Shown here one piece after another: positions 11,544 to 22,599 of a stretch of DNA of 64,000 nt (positions are counted from its first letter, which is position 1; every line of letters starts with the position of its first letter). The translations under genes and the position numbers were made by a program. The notes under the pieces are model-generated. The model was not told the DNA's origin. It worked only from the letters and a program-made list of their open reading frames with translations, and made no database searches. The stretch comes from Octopus sinensis (lineage: Eukaryota): the NCBI RefSeq assembly GCF_006345805.1, contig NC_042998.1:110298001-110362000 (forward strand). Reading direction: 5' to 3'.

Positions 11544-13300
11544 CAAAATAAGCAACAAGGATATCCAAAGGTAATGCAGTACGATCGTTTCATGCGATTT
11601 CATTTCATTAAACAATGCAAGTACTACATCAGTTTTAAAATGTAGACCAATCTTCAGCTGCATATAAATATAGAATTTTAGTTAAATTGAAAAGATTCGT
11701 TTTTATATTTATTCCATTTACCAACATCACAAAGAGGGTCAGTACATGGACAGAGAAACCAGTTTCATTAACTGAAACATGGTAGTAATTAATATTTATT
11801 CATGGAGACACTGCTTATCACTGATTTTACGTTGCTATTTAGATTTACTAATTGCATATATCGGATTTCATTCTGCCGGGTGTCTAATCGTAATACCATC
11901 GAATGTTTTATTCATCGTTTCTATACCACAGCCGACCAATCCTTGTCTAGGTATATATTTGACTGCGATTAACCGTCACCGAAGAGGTTCAACAAGATAT
12001 ATTAAGTATTCTCACTGGCAGTTCTTGAGGCAATTTCTAAAGAAACTACTTAAAAATGGCAGTATGAATTTTTTACCAAATCAATAGCAGAAATAAAACA
12101 TTGAATTATGTAAAACATTGATATTAAAAAAAATAAGAGATTTTTTGAAAAAACTAGCAAAATCGAAGGCACGATATTTACTTGAATTGCAAAAATTGGA
12201 TCAAGAGCTAAAAGAACTGCGGATGGATTTTTGTCCATATTTAGCTAGAATAGCTACACTTCCTGTTTTTTTTTTAACAAACATTTAATGTTGATGAAAG
12301 CAGTTCACTCTAGAAAACAGTGACAAAAAATAACTGTTATGCCCAAAGGAAGGAAAAAATCGTTCGAAGATTGAAAGCATCTAAAGAGGCATCGCATTAC
12401 GATGGATTAGTTAAGTGTTTTATAATGCAAGTATTAATTGATAGGCCTTCAAATCCATTTGTAAAGAGGAAATTGAATATAAATAACCTCTTAGTTCATT
12501 GACACGCACATATAAAATCCCAGACAACTGCTGCAATAGTAGAAAATTAATTTTATTAATATTTTGTTTCTTAACTTGAAATTTCTACAGTAGGGAATAG
12601 GATTGACTTTAAAATTGTAGTATTAATTTATAATACTCCATCACAACCCTGCAATTTAGAACATCTCATTGTTAAAATCCTATTTTTGCCACTAAATGTA
12701 TATCACTTATCAAGGTATAATTTGCAATTTTAAGACAAATTATATTAATTTCGGGACAATATAGGTAAAAAACAGTTTTAATATCCTTACCAAAAAATTT
12801 CGCCAAGTAAATAAACGACTTTAAATTCTCATTGGGAGGCCATTTTGCCTAGATTAGTTCTGTATAGTAGTGATGCAAACAGAAGAACAACTATTTAAAT
12901 TGAAACGTAATTAATGTAGCTCGTTCAATAGGAATTGGAGGATTAGACATGATTGTCGCTAAAATCGAGAGACTTTGTGAAGAACAAGAATTGAATGGGG
13001 TCTGTTTATCTAATGTGGTCACCACAATTCTAAATTGCGAAAGAAAGTTTGATGTTTAATGATCAAATACAGTATTTAGTCAAAGAGTTTTATAGGATGA
13101 TCTACAAATGGCAGGAAATATGAAAATTCATTTCCTTTGAGTCATCTCAAAATCGAACGTAGTTTGAAATTTTGAGCAGAAAGAAAGCTCTGTGTATTTC
13201 CAACCGAATATCATTATAGGAATTTAAAAAGAAAATCAGAAAAGAAGGACACTGCCTAAAATTACAGATATTTCAAATGTACCGATTTTAGCGATTGTAA
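11040..13300 (+). mobile_element. Heavily decayed L1/Tx1-like LINE relic
   Basis: Scattered broken-frame motifs in the expected order: VLVYLVET and GGRFVL (APE-like), KKIRDFLKKLAKSKARYLLELQKL (linker), DFKFSLGG and IGGLDM (thumb region). Many stops. Confidence 0.45.
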
Positions 13301-13764
13301 AAGAAGCTAGGAATGACTGAAATGCTGCTTAGGAATTTTGACACAAAATAAATTTTTTTTTCAAAAGTTTGGAGCGAAAATGAGTCGAAAACATGCACAT
13401 GCATAAAAAGGCCATTATAAAAATGTCAACATCGCCTAATGATTTGCTCCTTTGTTCCGCTCACTGGCTTGCAGCCACCGTGGGGCAACGTTTTGTGATG
13501 GATTAATCGATTAGGTTGGCACTAATATTTATTTTATTGTCACTATTTGTTAAACCTCACGTTTTGCGGGTCATATGTACAAAACGTAAAACAATGATGC
13601 TACTTTCACCGATGGGAACTTAAACACGGACGCATTCCTCTCTTATACGTATACTCACATACACATGCAAGTATTCTGTTCTTGTTTGCACTCAAAGATA
13701 CACTTACATAAATATATAACAGTCTTATCTATGTCTCTCTCTCTCTTTCACATCCCTATATATG

Positions 13765-13795
<31 letters not shown>

Positions 13796-13807
13796 ATGTG
13801 TGTGTAA

Positions 13808-13867
<60 letters not shown>

Positions 13868-13984
13868 CTTACACACACATACACACACATATATTTATAT
13901 ATATGTATATATATATATATCATAATAAAACAAATCGAACGAGAAGCACACTTATGGAGCATGGACAGATGGAGAGAGAGAGAT

Positions 13985-15480
13985 TTATAGGGTTACCCGG
14001 GATTTCGCGTCCATAAAGCGCTTAGCTTTACACCCATCTCGTCAGACACTAATGGCCTGTGTCCTATAACCTCTATTCAAAAGTGAGGGAGAAAAGGCCC
14101 CGTGGCTATTGTTCAAACCGATAAAGAAGAACGACCAGACCACTACCCAGAATCCACCAAGTCAGCATTTGGGTTCCAAAATTTTAGTAGGAATCACCTG
14201 AAGTGTAATAAGGGTCCGAAAACATCCATCCTGGAATTTAAGATGTTCCCCGGGTCGAGAGAATACTTTAATATCATCACCCATTCAACTATGCAACGCT
14301 TGCTCCCGTTGATGCAGGGACGCGGTTTTTCTGTGATCTACCTTGTGATTACATGTCAAGGCCCTTCGTCCTTCAGGTGTCACACGTTGCTAGCCAAGGA
14401 CGTGGCATAACGCCTCTCCGGGATCCTAAATGAGAATTTGCAGTTGTAGAGGTACTGCTTGAAGGTATTTCCGGAACATCCGATGTATTTTCGAATGCTG
14501 TTGTTGTCATTGCTGCTTCTCTTGATGGTGATGCTGTTACTTCCGCTGTTGCTGGTGCTGGCGTAGGGGACATCATCGGTGGCGGTGCTGGTGTTGGCGC
14601 TGTTGTCATTGCTGGTGTCTCCGTTGGTGCTGCTATAGCTATCCTCGTTGTCGGAGCAGTTATCGGTGTTATAGTGGTTGTTGTTAGTATTGTTACCATT
14701 ATTAGCCTTATGAATAGTGACGGTGCTTCTGCTATTTCTGCTAAAGCTGCTACCGTTGCCCTTATTTCTGTTATTCATACTACTGAAAAATCTGCTGCTG
14801 CTATTAGGGTCAGGTACCACCTCAGCCTCGTATGCGTCCTCCTTGTTTTTGTACTGGCCTCCCACTGGAATCTGATATAGTCCCTGCATGAACATCCCGC
14901 CTCAACTCGTGGCCTAGGGGTGTTTATTAAAATATTCTTAAAATTGGGGTCGCAGCTAAAAGCGACTCATATGTTATGTCTGTTGAATAGTTGTCAATAC
15001 CTATGTGATTCTGTAACGTGTTTATCTACTAAGTTAAGGAATATCCTACCTACCCACGTTTCACATTGAAGGGGAATGGGGATACAAATCAAATGATATT
15101 TCAGTGGCGCTTCCTTCTGTGGGTGTAAGGGCCCTGCGTGTAGGAGATGCGGTCCCTAAACCCGCAAGTATCTAGGGTATCGTTATAGTAATGTGATCGC
15201 ATACATCGGAGCTGTCGTAGACCTCCATCGCTACGTCATGAGAGCCCCCGGGATTGGTTTGTTTGACCCATGCCGAACGTTTATTAAACAGCATCGTTTC
15301 CTGGCGTACATGATGACATGTATGTCCCTATCGATATTGTCAGTGAAGACCCTAGCGAAGGAAACTGCCTTGACAAGTAACCCTTTCGATACAAACGGGT
15401 AAAAATCGAACTGAGTGAACTTTAATTTGCCCTTCTCCTTGTTGGTATGAAAACATATAATCACCTCGTTGGTGTTACAC
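13985..15480 (-). mobile_element. Penelope-like element (internally deleted RT, thumb, GIY-YIG endonuclease, 3' pLTR)
   Basis: Minus strand: KEKGKLKFTQFDFYP..KAVSFAR (RT), DVAMEVYDSSDVCD (MGSYDGAE-like), VGRIFLNLVDKH..LFNRHNI..FSC, then DAYEAEV...RKYIGCSGNTFKQ..ATSLAS..INGSKRC..ILNSR (GIY-YIG). Confidence 0.88.
13988..14051 (-). ncRNA. Degenerate type-I hammerhead ribozyme in the PLE 3' terminal repeat
   Basis: Minus strand: UAGUGU-CUGACGA-G..UAAAGC/GCUUUA..C-GAAA-UCCCGGG-UA-ACCCUA. Core intact; stem I has one mismatch; near-palindromic stem III with one extra U. Confidence 0.7.
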
Positions 15481-15732
15481 CATAAGGGTAGGCTGGTGGG
15501 TCACCTTATGTCGTTGTTGTTATTCCCCAGTATGTGCTTGCTCGTCAGATCAATCCCTGATTTAGATGGTTGGCACTTGAAATTAGAGGCAAAGTTCGAT
15601 ATATATGGCCTTTGATAGTAATGAAGGTATTCTTTTTGGCTAAAATTTCTACTCTATCTTATATCTAAATCGCTGGTTATTAAATATATATAAGCATTTA
15701 TGTATGCATAAATATGCATAAACACACATACA

Positions 15733-15794
<62 letters not shown>

Positions 15795-15819
15795 TATATA
15801 TATATATGAATATTTTTTT

Positions 15820-16372
15820 ATTCCTTTGTTTCAGTCATTTGTCTGTGGCCATGCTGGAGCACCGTCTCTTGTCGAACAAATCGACCCCAGGACTTCTTTG
15901 CACCTTTGTGGGCTATTGCTAAAGTCATAATATTTTTGTTGGTAGAACCCATTCATTACAATCATAGATTCCTTAGGAAAAGCCTAATTTGTGATTTCAA
16001 AAGGATTATATTTCGTTTTGTTTTGAATTAGTTTTAAATTAGTTGTAAAGTTTTAATTGGATGTATATGCTAGGTTGGTATATAGGTAAAAACGATAAAA
16101 TACAAGCATTTTATCTAATATCATGAATTTTGTCTTTTAAATTTTTAGAATCATGTCTCTAGAGAAATATTCAGAATTTCCTTGATTACATATCCGGGAA
16201 ATATTATATATATATACATATATGCTTTTTTATCAGTTTCTGTTTAACAAATCCACTCACAAGACTTTGGTCGGCCCGAGGTTATAGTAGAAGATATTTG
16301 CCCAAGGTGCCACGCAGTGGGACTTAATCCGGAGCCATGTGTTTGGGAAGCAAGCTTCTTCCTGCACAGCCT
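15820..16372 (-). mobile_element. tRNA-derived SINE (octopus-type, family A), two halves separated by other sequence
   Basis: The 5' half (16215-16372) matches the copies at 27310-27470 and 53420-53580. The 3' half (15820-15900) matches 26560-26640. Confidence 0.6.
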
Positions 16373-16459
16373 CTTTGTCATTGTTCAGTTTTATTTCAAA
16401 ATTTCTCAGTTTCTAACTTAGATCCAAGGCTCCGTATTTTTCTGTGTATGCATGCGTGC

Positions 16460-16492
<33 letters not shown>

Positions 16493-16599
16493 TGTGTATG
16501 TATGTATGTATGTATGTAAGTATACGTGCAGATTTTTTTTTGTCTCATATATTTATTTTCATGCATATAGTTGTATATCTAGACATGCTCGAATATACT

Positions 16600-17030
16600 T
16601 AAATGATAAACTTCCGGGAAGGTTTACAGATTTTTACGTTTCCAGTGATGGCTTGAATCTGTAGTCTTCGAATCAGCTTTCTCTTCTCTGGTTTTGAGAA
16701 GCTTAATTTATCAAGATTGATATTTAAGCCGTGTGTTAAATATCCCACTGCCCTAACAATTGCAGGTATAAACCTGAACTTGTAATCTGGATAGAATAAC
16801 TTTATTTCTCAATAGTACAGCGTAGGTATTTTCTCTTTCAATGATTTTTAGCTTTACATTAACACCCGCTGGGCAGCTAATCTCCACAACTGAACATAGC
16901 TTCTCTTGTCTATCCCAACTCACTATCCCAGGTCTATTGCGTTTACATCTTATTGAGGTTTTGACTGGGACATTCCACCAGTACTCCTTTTTATTATTAT
17001 GAGTGGCTATATCTTTCTTGTATGTATATC
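16600..17030 (-). mobile_element. R4/Dong-like LINE 3' fragment (second family, RLE domain)
   Basis: EYWWNVPVKTSIKCKRNRPG..EKLCSVVEISCPA..ENTYA; same family as 35650-36260. Confidence 0.8.
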
Positions 17031-17373
17031 AGATGTACACCTCTATCTCATTCGTCAGCCAAATCGACCATGTTCCACGGAGTTAACGGCGTCGTGCGCC
17101 TCATCGTGCCTACCTTTGTCAAAACTAGTGATCTAAAGTTATTAGCAACAGTGTGTTTCAATCTCCCAGGTCTCACTTGCTTGCGAGTGGCATATATCAT
17201 GTTGTATACATATTTTCATCATACGAATTCAGAAAATTCGAGTGATATAAAATGAATAGAGGCCGCTTATGTGAAGGCAGCCTTCGACCTTTTGGACCCA
17301 ATATTCTGCACGGTATTGTTTATCTACTTCAAGTTTCACAGTTGCAAATTCTCTCTTTCTCTCTGTATATATA

Positions 17374-18580
17374 CACAGATATGACAGAAGTAAAAAGACA
17401 CCCACCCCATAAACCATCGTTTTATGCTTATTCTAACTTGTAAAGGCTTATATTTTTTATTAATTGACGTTTTAACGTTTCAGTGTTTCTATATGCGACT
17501 GCTTAATCATGACATGTACAAAAGAAACCTTGGAACTCTATGAATTTCAAAGAAGCCATATTATGGATCATTCTGAAGGTGGACTTAGCGTAAAATTGCA
17601 GAAAACCTTGGGCACCCGATTTCTACAATTAATAGAGTGATTATGCACTTCTTCAGAGAGAGGGAGGAGTTAAGATAACACGTCCCTTCTCGTTGTTAAG
17701 AGAAGTGTGGAGGATAAGCCTCGTTGCAAGGCCTCTGACAAAGTAGAACAAAGTTGGTATCAGTCCTAGAACAGCTGTTAGGTATCTTCACAAACTTGGT
17801 TACTATGGCAGAGCAGCAGGAAGGAAGCCACTTCTTTGATTAGCTAATATCAAGCGGAGAATAGATTGAGCCAGTGAGATGATGGAGAGGCTGCTAGCAT
17901 TTTGAGACACTGTCATATTCTCCAATCAGTCCAGATTTGCTTTATTTTCTGAAAGTGGTCGAGTGTGAGTCTGGACACTCTGTGATCAAGAATTTGATAA
18001 AAATTGCAGCCAAGAATGAAACATGGCAGCAATTCTGTGATGGTCTCAGGAACAGTTTGGAGCAATGACCAATCAGAGCTGGTGAAGTATGGGGGAAACA
18101 AACTCAGATAAATATATGTCATTCCAGAAAAGACTCCTTCCAATCTTCTCAAGTGTTGAAATGATTAAAGAAGAGTCTTTATTTATGGAAGATGGGACTT
18201 GTCACACGGTTAAAAGGACCCAAGATTTGTTGGAAGATAAAAAAAACTTCCATGGCCAAACCATTAACCAGATATGTACCCTACTGAACACCTCTGGAGC
18301 ATAATGGACAGGGTACCGTATAAAAAGAATAAGAAAGCATCTTCAAAGCCAGATCTTTTGAGATTGCTAAATGAAACCTGGCAAGAAATTCCGCAAGAGG
18401 ATATTCGTTACCTGATCATTAACATGCCTAATAGGGTCCTTGTATTGAAAATGCAATGGGCATGTCTACTAAATATTAAATATTTACATTATAACGTTTA
18501 ATAAATAATTTGAATGTATAATTTCAGATTTAAATAAATGTTAATGCTTATAAGGGTATCTATTTACTTCTGTCATGTAT
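17374..18580 (+). mobile_element. Decayed Tc1-like DNA transposon
   Basis: TIRs 17381-17403 and 18554-18576 (21/23 match). Broken transposase: ELYEFQRSHI (HTH), AVRYLHKLGYYGRAAGRKPLL, VIFSNQSRF, LFMEDG..CH, PDMYPTEHLW. Confidence 0.85.
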
Positions 18581-18700
18581 GCATGTATGTATATATGTAT
18601 ACATATGTGCATGTATGTATATATATTTATGCATATAGTCACATATGAATACATATATTATATCCATATATACGCATATGCATACATATGTATATATAAA

Positions 18701-18794
<94 letters not shown>

Positions 18795-18918
18795 CATAAC
18801 AATTTAGGAGTGACCCCAACAGGTCACTCGTCCACCAGAAAGAGCAGCCATAACTCACACCGCCAAGTATTAGTAATAAAGAATTAGGTGAAAATTTAAA
18901 AACATTTACCCTAATTCA

Positions 18919-19020
18919 TCTTTTAGACGTTGCAACGTTTCTGTGTCATTAATGATTAAATTAGCTTAATTAAATTAAATTAAGCCAATCTACCATAGGT
19001 TACACTTCATCAGTAAAAGA
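18919..19020 (-). ncRNA. Type-I hammerhead ribozyme, copy 1 (predicted cleavage 18926/18925)
   Basis: UCUUUUA-CUGAUGA-[65-nt stem II]-GAAACGUUGCAACGUC-UAAAAGA. Perfect 7-bp stem I, palindromic stem III, GUC cleavage triplet. Confidence 0.85.
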
Positions 19021-19391
19021 CCTGGGAGAGACAAATATACACGAGGCGTCTGTGTCGATGCCTACGGGATATCTGACTTAAAATTTTCAAGACTGACGTA
19101 TTCGCGCCAAACTTATCAACAGTAAATATAAACTGCCGATTCAATCTCAGAATTATTCAGAAAATTATCAATTAGTCAATTTAGGGTAGCAAAAAAATTC
19201 AATAGAAATTTATCGCAACCAGCGGCCTGGTGGAAAAGAGAAAATAGTCACCGACTAAATATATAAACATAACAATTTAGGATTGACCCCAACAGGTCAC
19301 TCGTCCACCAGAAAGAGCAGCCATAACTCACACCGCCAAGTATTAGTAATAAAGAAATTAGCTGAAAATTAAAAACATTTACCCTAATTCA

Positions 19392-19492
19392 TCTTTTAGA
19401 CGTTGCAACGTTTCTGTGTCATTATGATTAAATTAGCTTAATTAAATTAAATTAAGCCAATCTACCATAGGTTACACTTCATCAGTAAAAGA
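19392..19492 (-). ncRNA. Type-I hammerhead ribozyme, copy 2 (predicted cleavage 19399/19398)
   Basis: Same motif, with a 1-nt deletion in stem II. Confidence 0.85.
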
Positions 19493-19864
19493 CCTGGGAG
19501 AGACAAATATACACGAGGCGTCTGTGTCGATGCCTACGGGATATCTGACTTAAAATTTTCAAGACTGACGTATTCGCGCCAAACTTATCAACAGTAAATA
19601 TAAACTGCCGATTCAATCTCAGAATTATTCAGAAAATTATCAATTAGTCAATTTAGGGTAGCAAAAAAATTCAATAGAAATTTATCGCAACCAGCGGCCT
19701 GGTGGAAAAGAGAAAATAGTCACCGACTAAATATATAAACATAACAATTTAGGAGTGACCCCAACAGGTCACTCGTCCACCAGAAAGAACAGCCATAACT
19801 CACACCGCCAAGTATTAGTAATAAAGAAATTAGGTGAAAATTTAAAAACATTTACCCTAATTCA

Positions 19865-19966
19865 TCTTTTAGACGTTGCAACGTTTCTGTGTCATTAATG
19901 ATTAAATTAGCTTAATTAAATTAAATTAAGCCAATCTACCATAGGTTACACTTCATCAGTAAAAGA
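19865..19966 (-). ncRNA. Type-I hammerhead ribozyme, copy 3 (predicted cleavage 19872/19871)
   Basis: Same motif. Confidence 0.85.
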
Positions 19967-20237
19967 CCTGGGAGAGACAAATATACACGAGGCGTCTGTG
20001 TCGATGCCTACGGGATATCTGACTTAAAATTTTCAAGACTGACGTATTCGCGCCAAACTTATCAACAGTAAATATAAACTGCCGATTCAATCTCAGAATT
20101 ATTCAGAAAATTATCAATTAGTCAATTTAGGGTAGCAAAAAAATTCAATAGAAATTTATCGCAACCAGCGGCCTGGTGGAAAAGAGAAAATAGTCACCGA
20201 CTAAATATATAAACATAACAATTTAGGAGTTACAATT

Positions 20238-20877
20238 TTGGCGGTGTGAGTTATGGCTGCTCTTTCTGGTGGACGAGTGACCTGTTGGGGTCACTCCTAA
20301 ATTGTTATGTTTATATATTTAGTCGGTGACTATTTTCTCTTTTCCACCAGGCCGCTGGTTGCGATAAATTTCTATTGAATTTTTTTGCTACCCTAAATTG
20401 ACTAATTGATAATTTTCTGAATAATTCTGAGATTGAATCGGCAGTTTATATTTACTGTTGATAGGTTTGGCACGAATACGTCAGTCTTGAAAATTTTAAG
20501 TCAGATATCCCGTAGGCATCGACACAGACGCCTCGTGTATATTTGTCTCTCCCAGGTCTTTTACTGATGAAGTGTAACCTATGGTAGATTGGCTTAATTT
20601 AATTTAATTAAGCTAATTTAATCATTAATGACACAGAAACGTTGCAACGTCTAAAAGATGAATTAGGGTAAATGTTTTTAAATTTTCACCTAATTTCTTT
20701 ATTACTAATACTTGGCGGTGTGAGTTATGGCTGCTCTTTCTGGTGGACGAGTGACCTGTTGGGGTCACTCCTAAATTGTTATGTTTATATATTTAGTCGG
20801 TGACTATTTTCTCTTTTCCACCAGGCCGCTGGTTGCGATAAATTTCTATTGAATTTTTTTGCTACCCTAAATTGACT

Positions 20878-20879
<2 letters not shown>
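20238..20879 (+). repeat. Inverted 1.4-unit copy of the 473-bp repeat
   Basis: Reverse complement of the array unit, joined through a 7-nt filler TACAATT (20231-20237). Confidence 0.96.
20557..20658 (+). ncRNA. Type-I hammerhead ribozyme, copy 4 (predicted cleavage after C20651)
   Basis: TCTTTTA CTGATGA(20564-20570) ... GAAA(20636-20639) CGTTGCAACG TC TAAAAGA. Confidence 0.85.
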
Positions 20880-20925
<46 letters not shown>

Positions 20926-22599
20926 TGCATGTATCTATACATATGTATGCATATAGTCACATATGAATACATATATTTATATCCATATATACACATATGC
21001 ATACATATGTTTATGTATATTTATATATGCATATATGTGCGTGCATGTGTATCTGCATGTTTTTGTATGTGTGCCTGTGTGTAAGTATACGCATACACAC
21101 AAAAGATAAGCAAAGTATATTATTTACCAGTTGCCTCATCAAGAGGATAATATTGCGAATTCTGAGCAATCGAGGAAAATCTGAATATTTCTCTAGAGAC
21201 ATAATTCTAAAAATTTAAAAGACAAAATTGATGATATTACATAAAATGCTTGCATTTTGTCGTTTTTACCTATATTTTCCAATTTCAAGGAAATGGTTAG
21301 AGAATCTCAATCCCGAAGAAATTTGCTGAATGTCGATATATTCTCTAATGATAAAAATTCATCTAAAATATGTGATTGAACTAGCCAATATTTTTGACAT
21401 CACAGTAAAAAGAATATATTAAATCCGATTAATCATAGATGAGTATCCATGCCTCCGTCTGTATCATCAATTGAATTGAAAATATATTCTTAAATTTATT
21501 GCACATAAATCTGACTAGAAATTTTCAAAGATAGTGTAATATACAGCAGAGAATCTTGAGAAAAAACTAATTGCAATTTGAACAGAATACAAAGACACGT
21601 GGAAGAAAACTTATGGCAAACAATTGTATTAGATACAGAATGACTGACTACTAGTTCCTATTTGATACATATAATCACACGTATATAATATTTATACAAT
21701 TGTGACAGTATACTGTAAAGCGACGTATTCTGTCTATTGGTTGTAAATAAAGTTCACTTTTTATAATGATGTAGCAATTATTTAATGTTTCACACAGACC
21801 AGGTGCTTATCACATGAAATTTCAAGTAACAAAATAGCCGAAGGGTCTTCTTTACTTCCGGTAGATTTGTACACATGCGTGTATGTCTTCAATTCCGGAA
21901 AACTAGTAACGATTTCATTTGACTTTCATAACTTGCCAGTTAGAAATTATTCCCGTGGTTGTACATTTGGAACTGTTTCCGCTACCTCATTTAATGAATG
22001 TTGCATTAAGATGTTATATTTTTCAGCTGCACCACTGCGGTGTGTGTTTAGTCGATGTACGGAGCTACAAGGTAACTACTGTTATAATTGGCAATTTATA
22101 TGAAATATTTCTTACGAGCGCGTTTTAGCATCTCGGTGTGTGTTTACTTTCTTAAGGAATCATCTTTTGAAACTACTTTAACTCATTTCCTATGACGTAT
22201 TTTTCGAATTTTAGGAACGTATTGAACATCGACAATGCTATATTAGATATAGCAAAGGACAGAATGAAACAATGTTTGTCAAACTGGTGATCTGTGAGCT
22301 GTTTAAAGTATTGTTAGAGAAAATATCGCCACTTTATTTTTATTAATAACGTTGTTATTTACTGTTCACAAAATAATTCCGGATATTAGATTGAATTGCT
22401 TTACCTTACGATGATAAGATCTAAACTGTACTATTGTAAGAGGTAGGGACTGTTGATAGTATATTTTTCTTTGCTTGACTGGTACATGTATTATCAATCT
22501 TGGAAAGATTGGCTTTGATCTACATCTCGGTTGGCTTTTGAACATAGAACGAAATGGTCCGTGACTAAATATTGGCTTGAAATGTTGGCACAATATCAG

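Larger units (their letters stand above)
18795..20230 (-). repeat. Tandem array of three ~473-bp non-coding units (18795-19267, 19268-19739, 19740-20213) plus a 17-bp start of a fourth; each unit carries a hammerhead
   Basis: Units start CATAACAATTTAGGA and differ at only a few positions. No ORF of 60 aa or more. Confidence 0.97.
16081..21274. repeat. Pair of ~100-bp inverted repeats (16081-16180 and 21175-21274), about 90% identical
   Basis: TATAGGTAAAAACGATAAAATACAAGC...TCTCTAGAGAAATATTCAGA versus its reverse complement ending ...GTCGTTTTTACCTATA. Confidence 0.8.

Noticed and set aside
14373-14880. Mucin-like Thr/Ala/Pro ORF (14373-14699) and hydrophobic plus-strand ORF (14674-14880)
   Set aside because: Alternative frames of the triplet-rich PLE insert; only the 14380-14895 frame carries GIY-YIG motifs.
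18795-20230. CRISPR array or simple satellite reading of the 473-bp repeats
   Set aside because: No short repeat/unique spacer alternation, no cas genes, and a eukaryotic context. The embedded ribozyme and inverted junction argue against a plain satellite.
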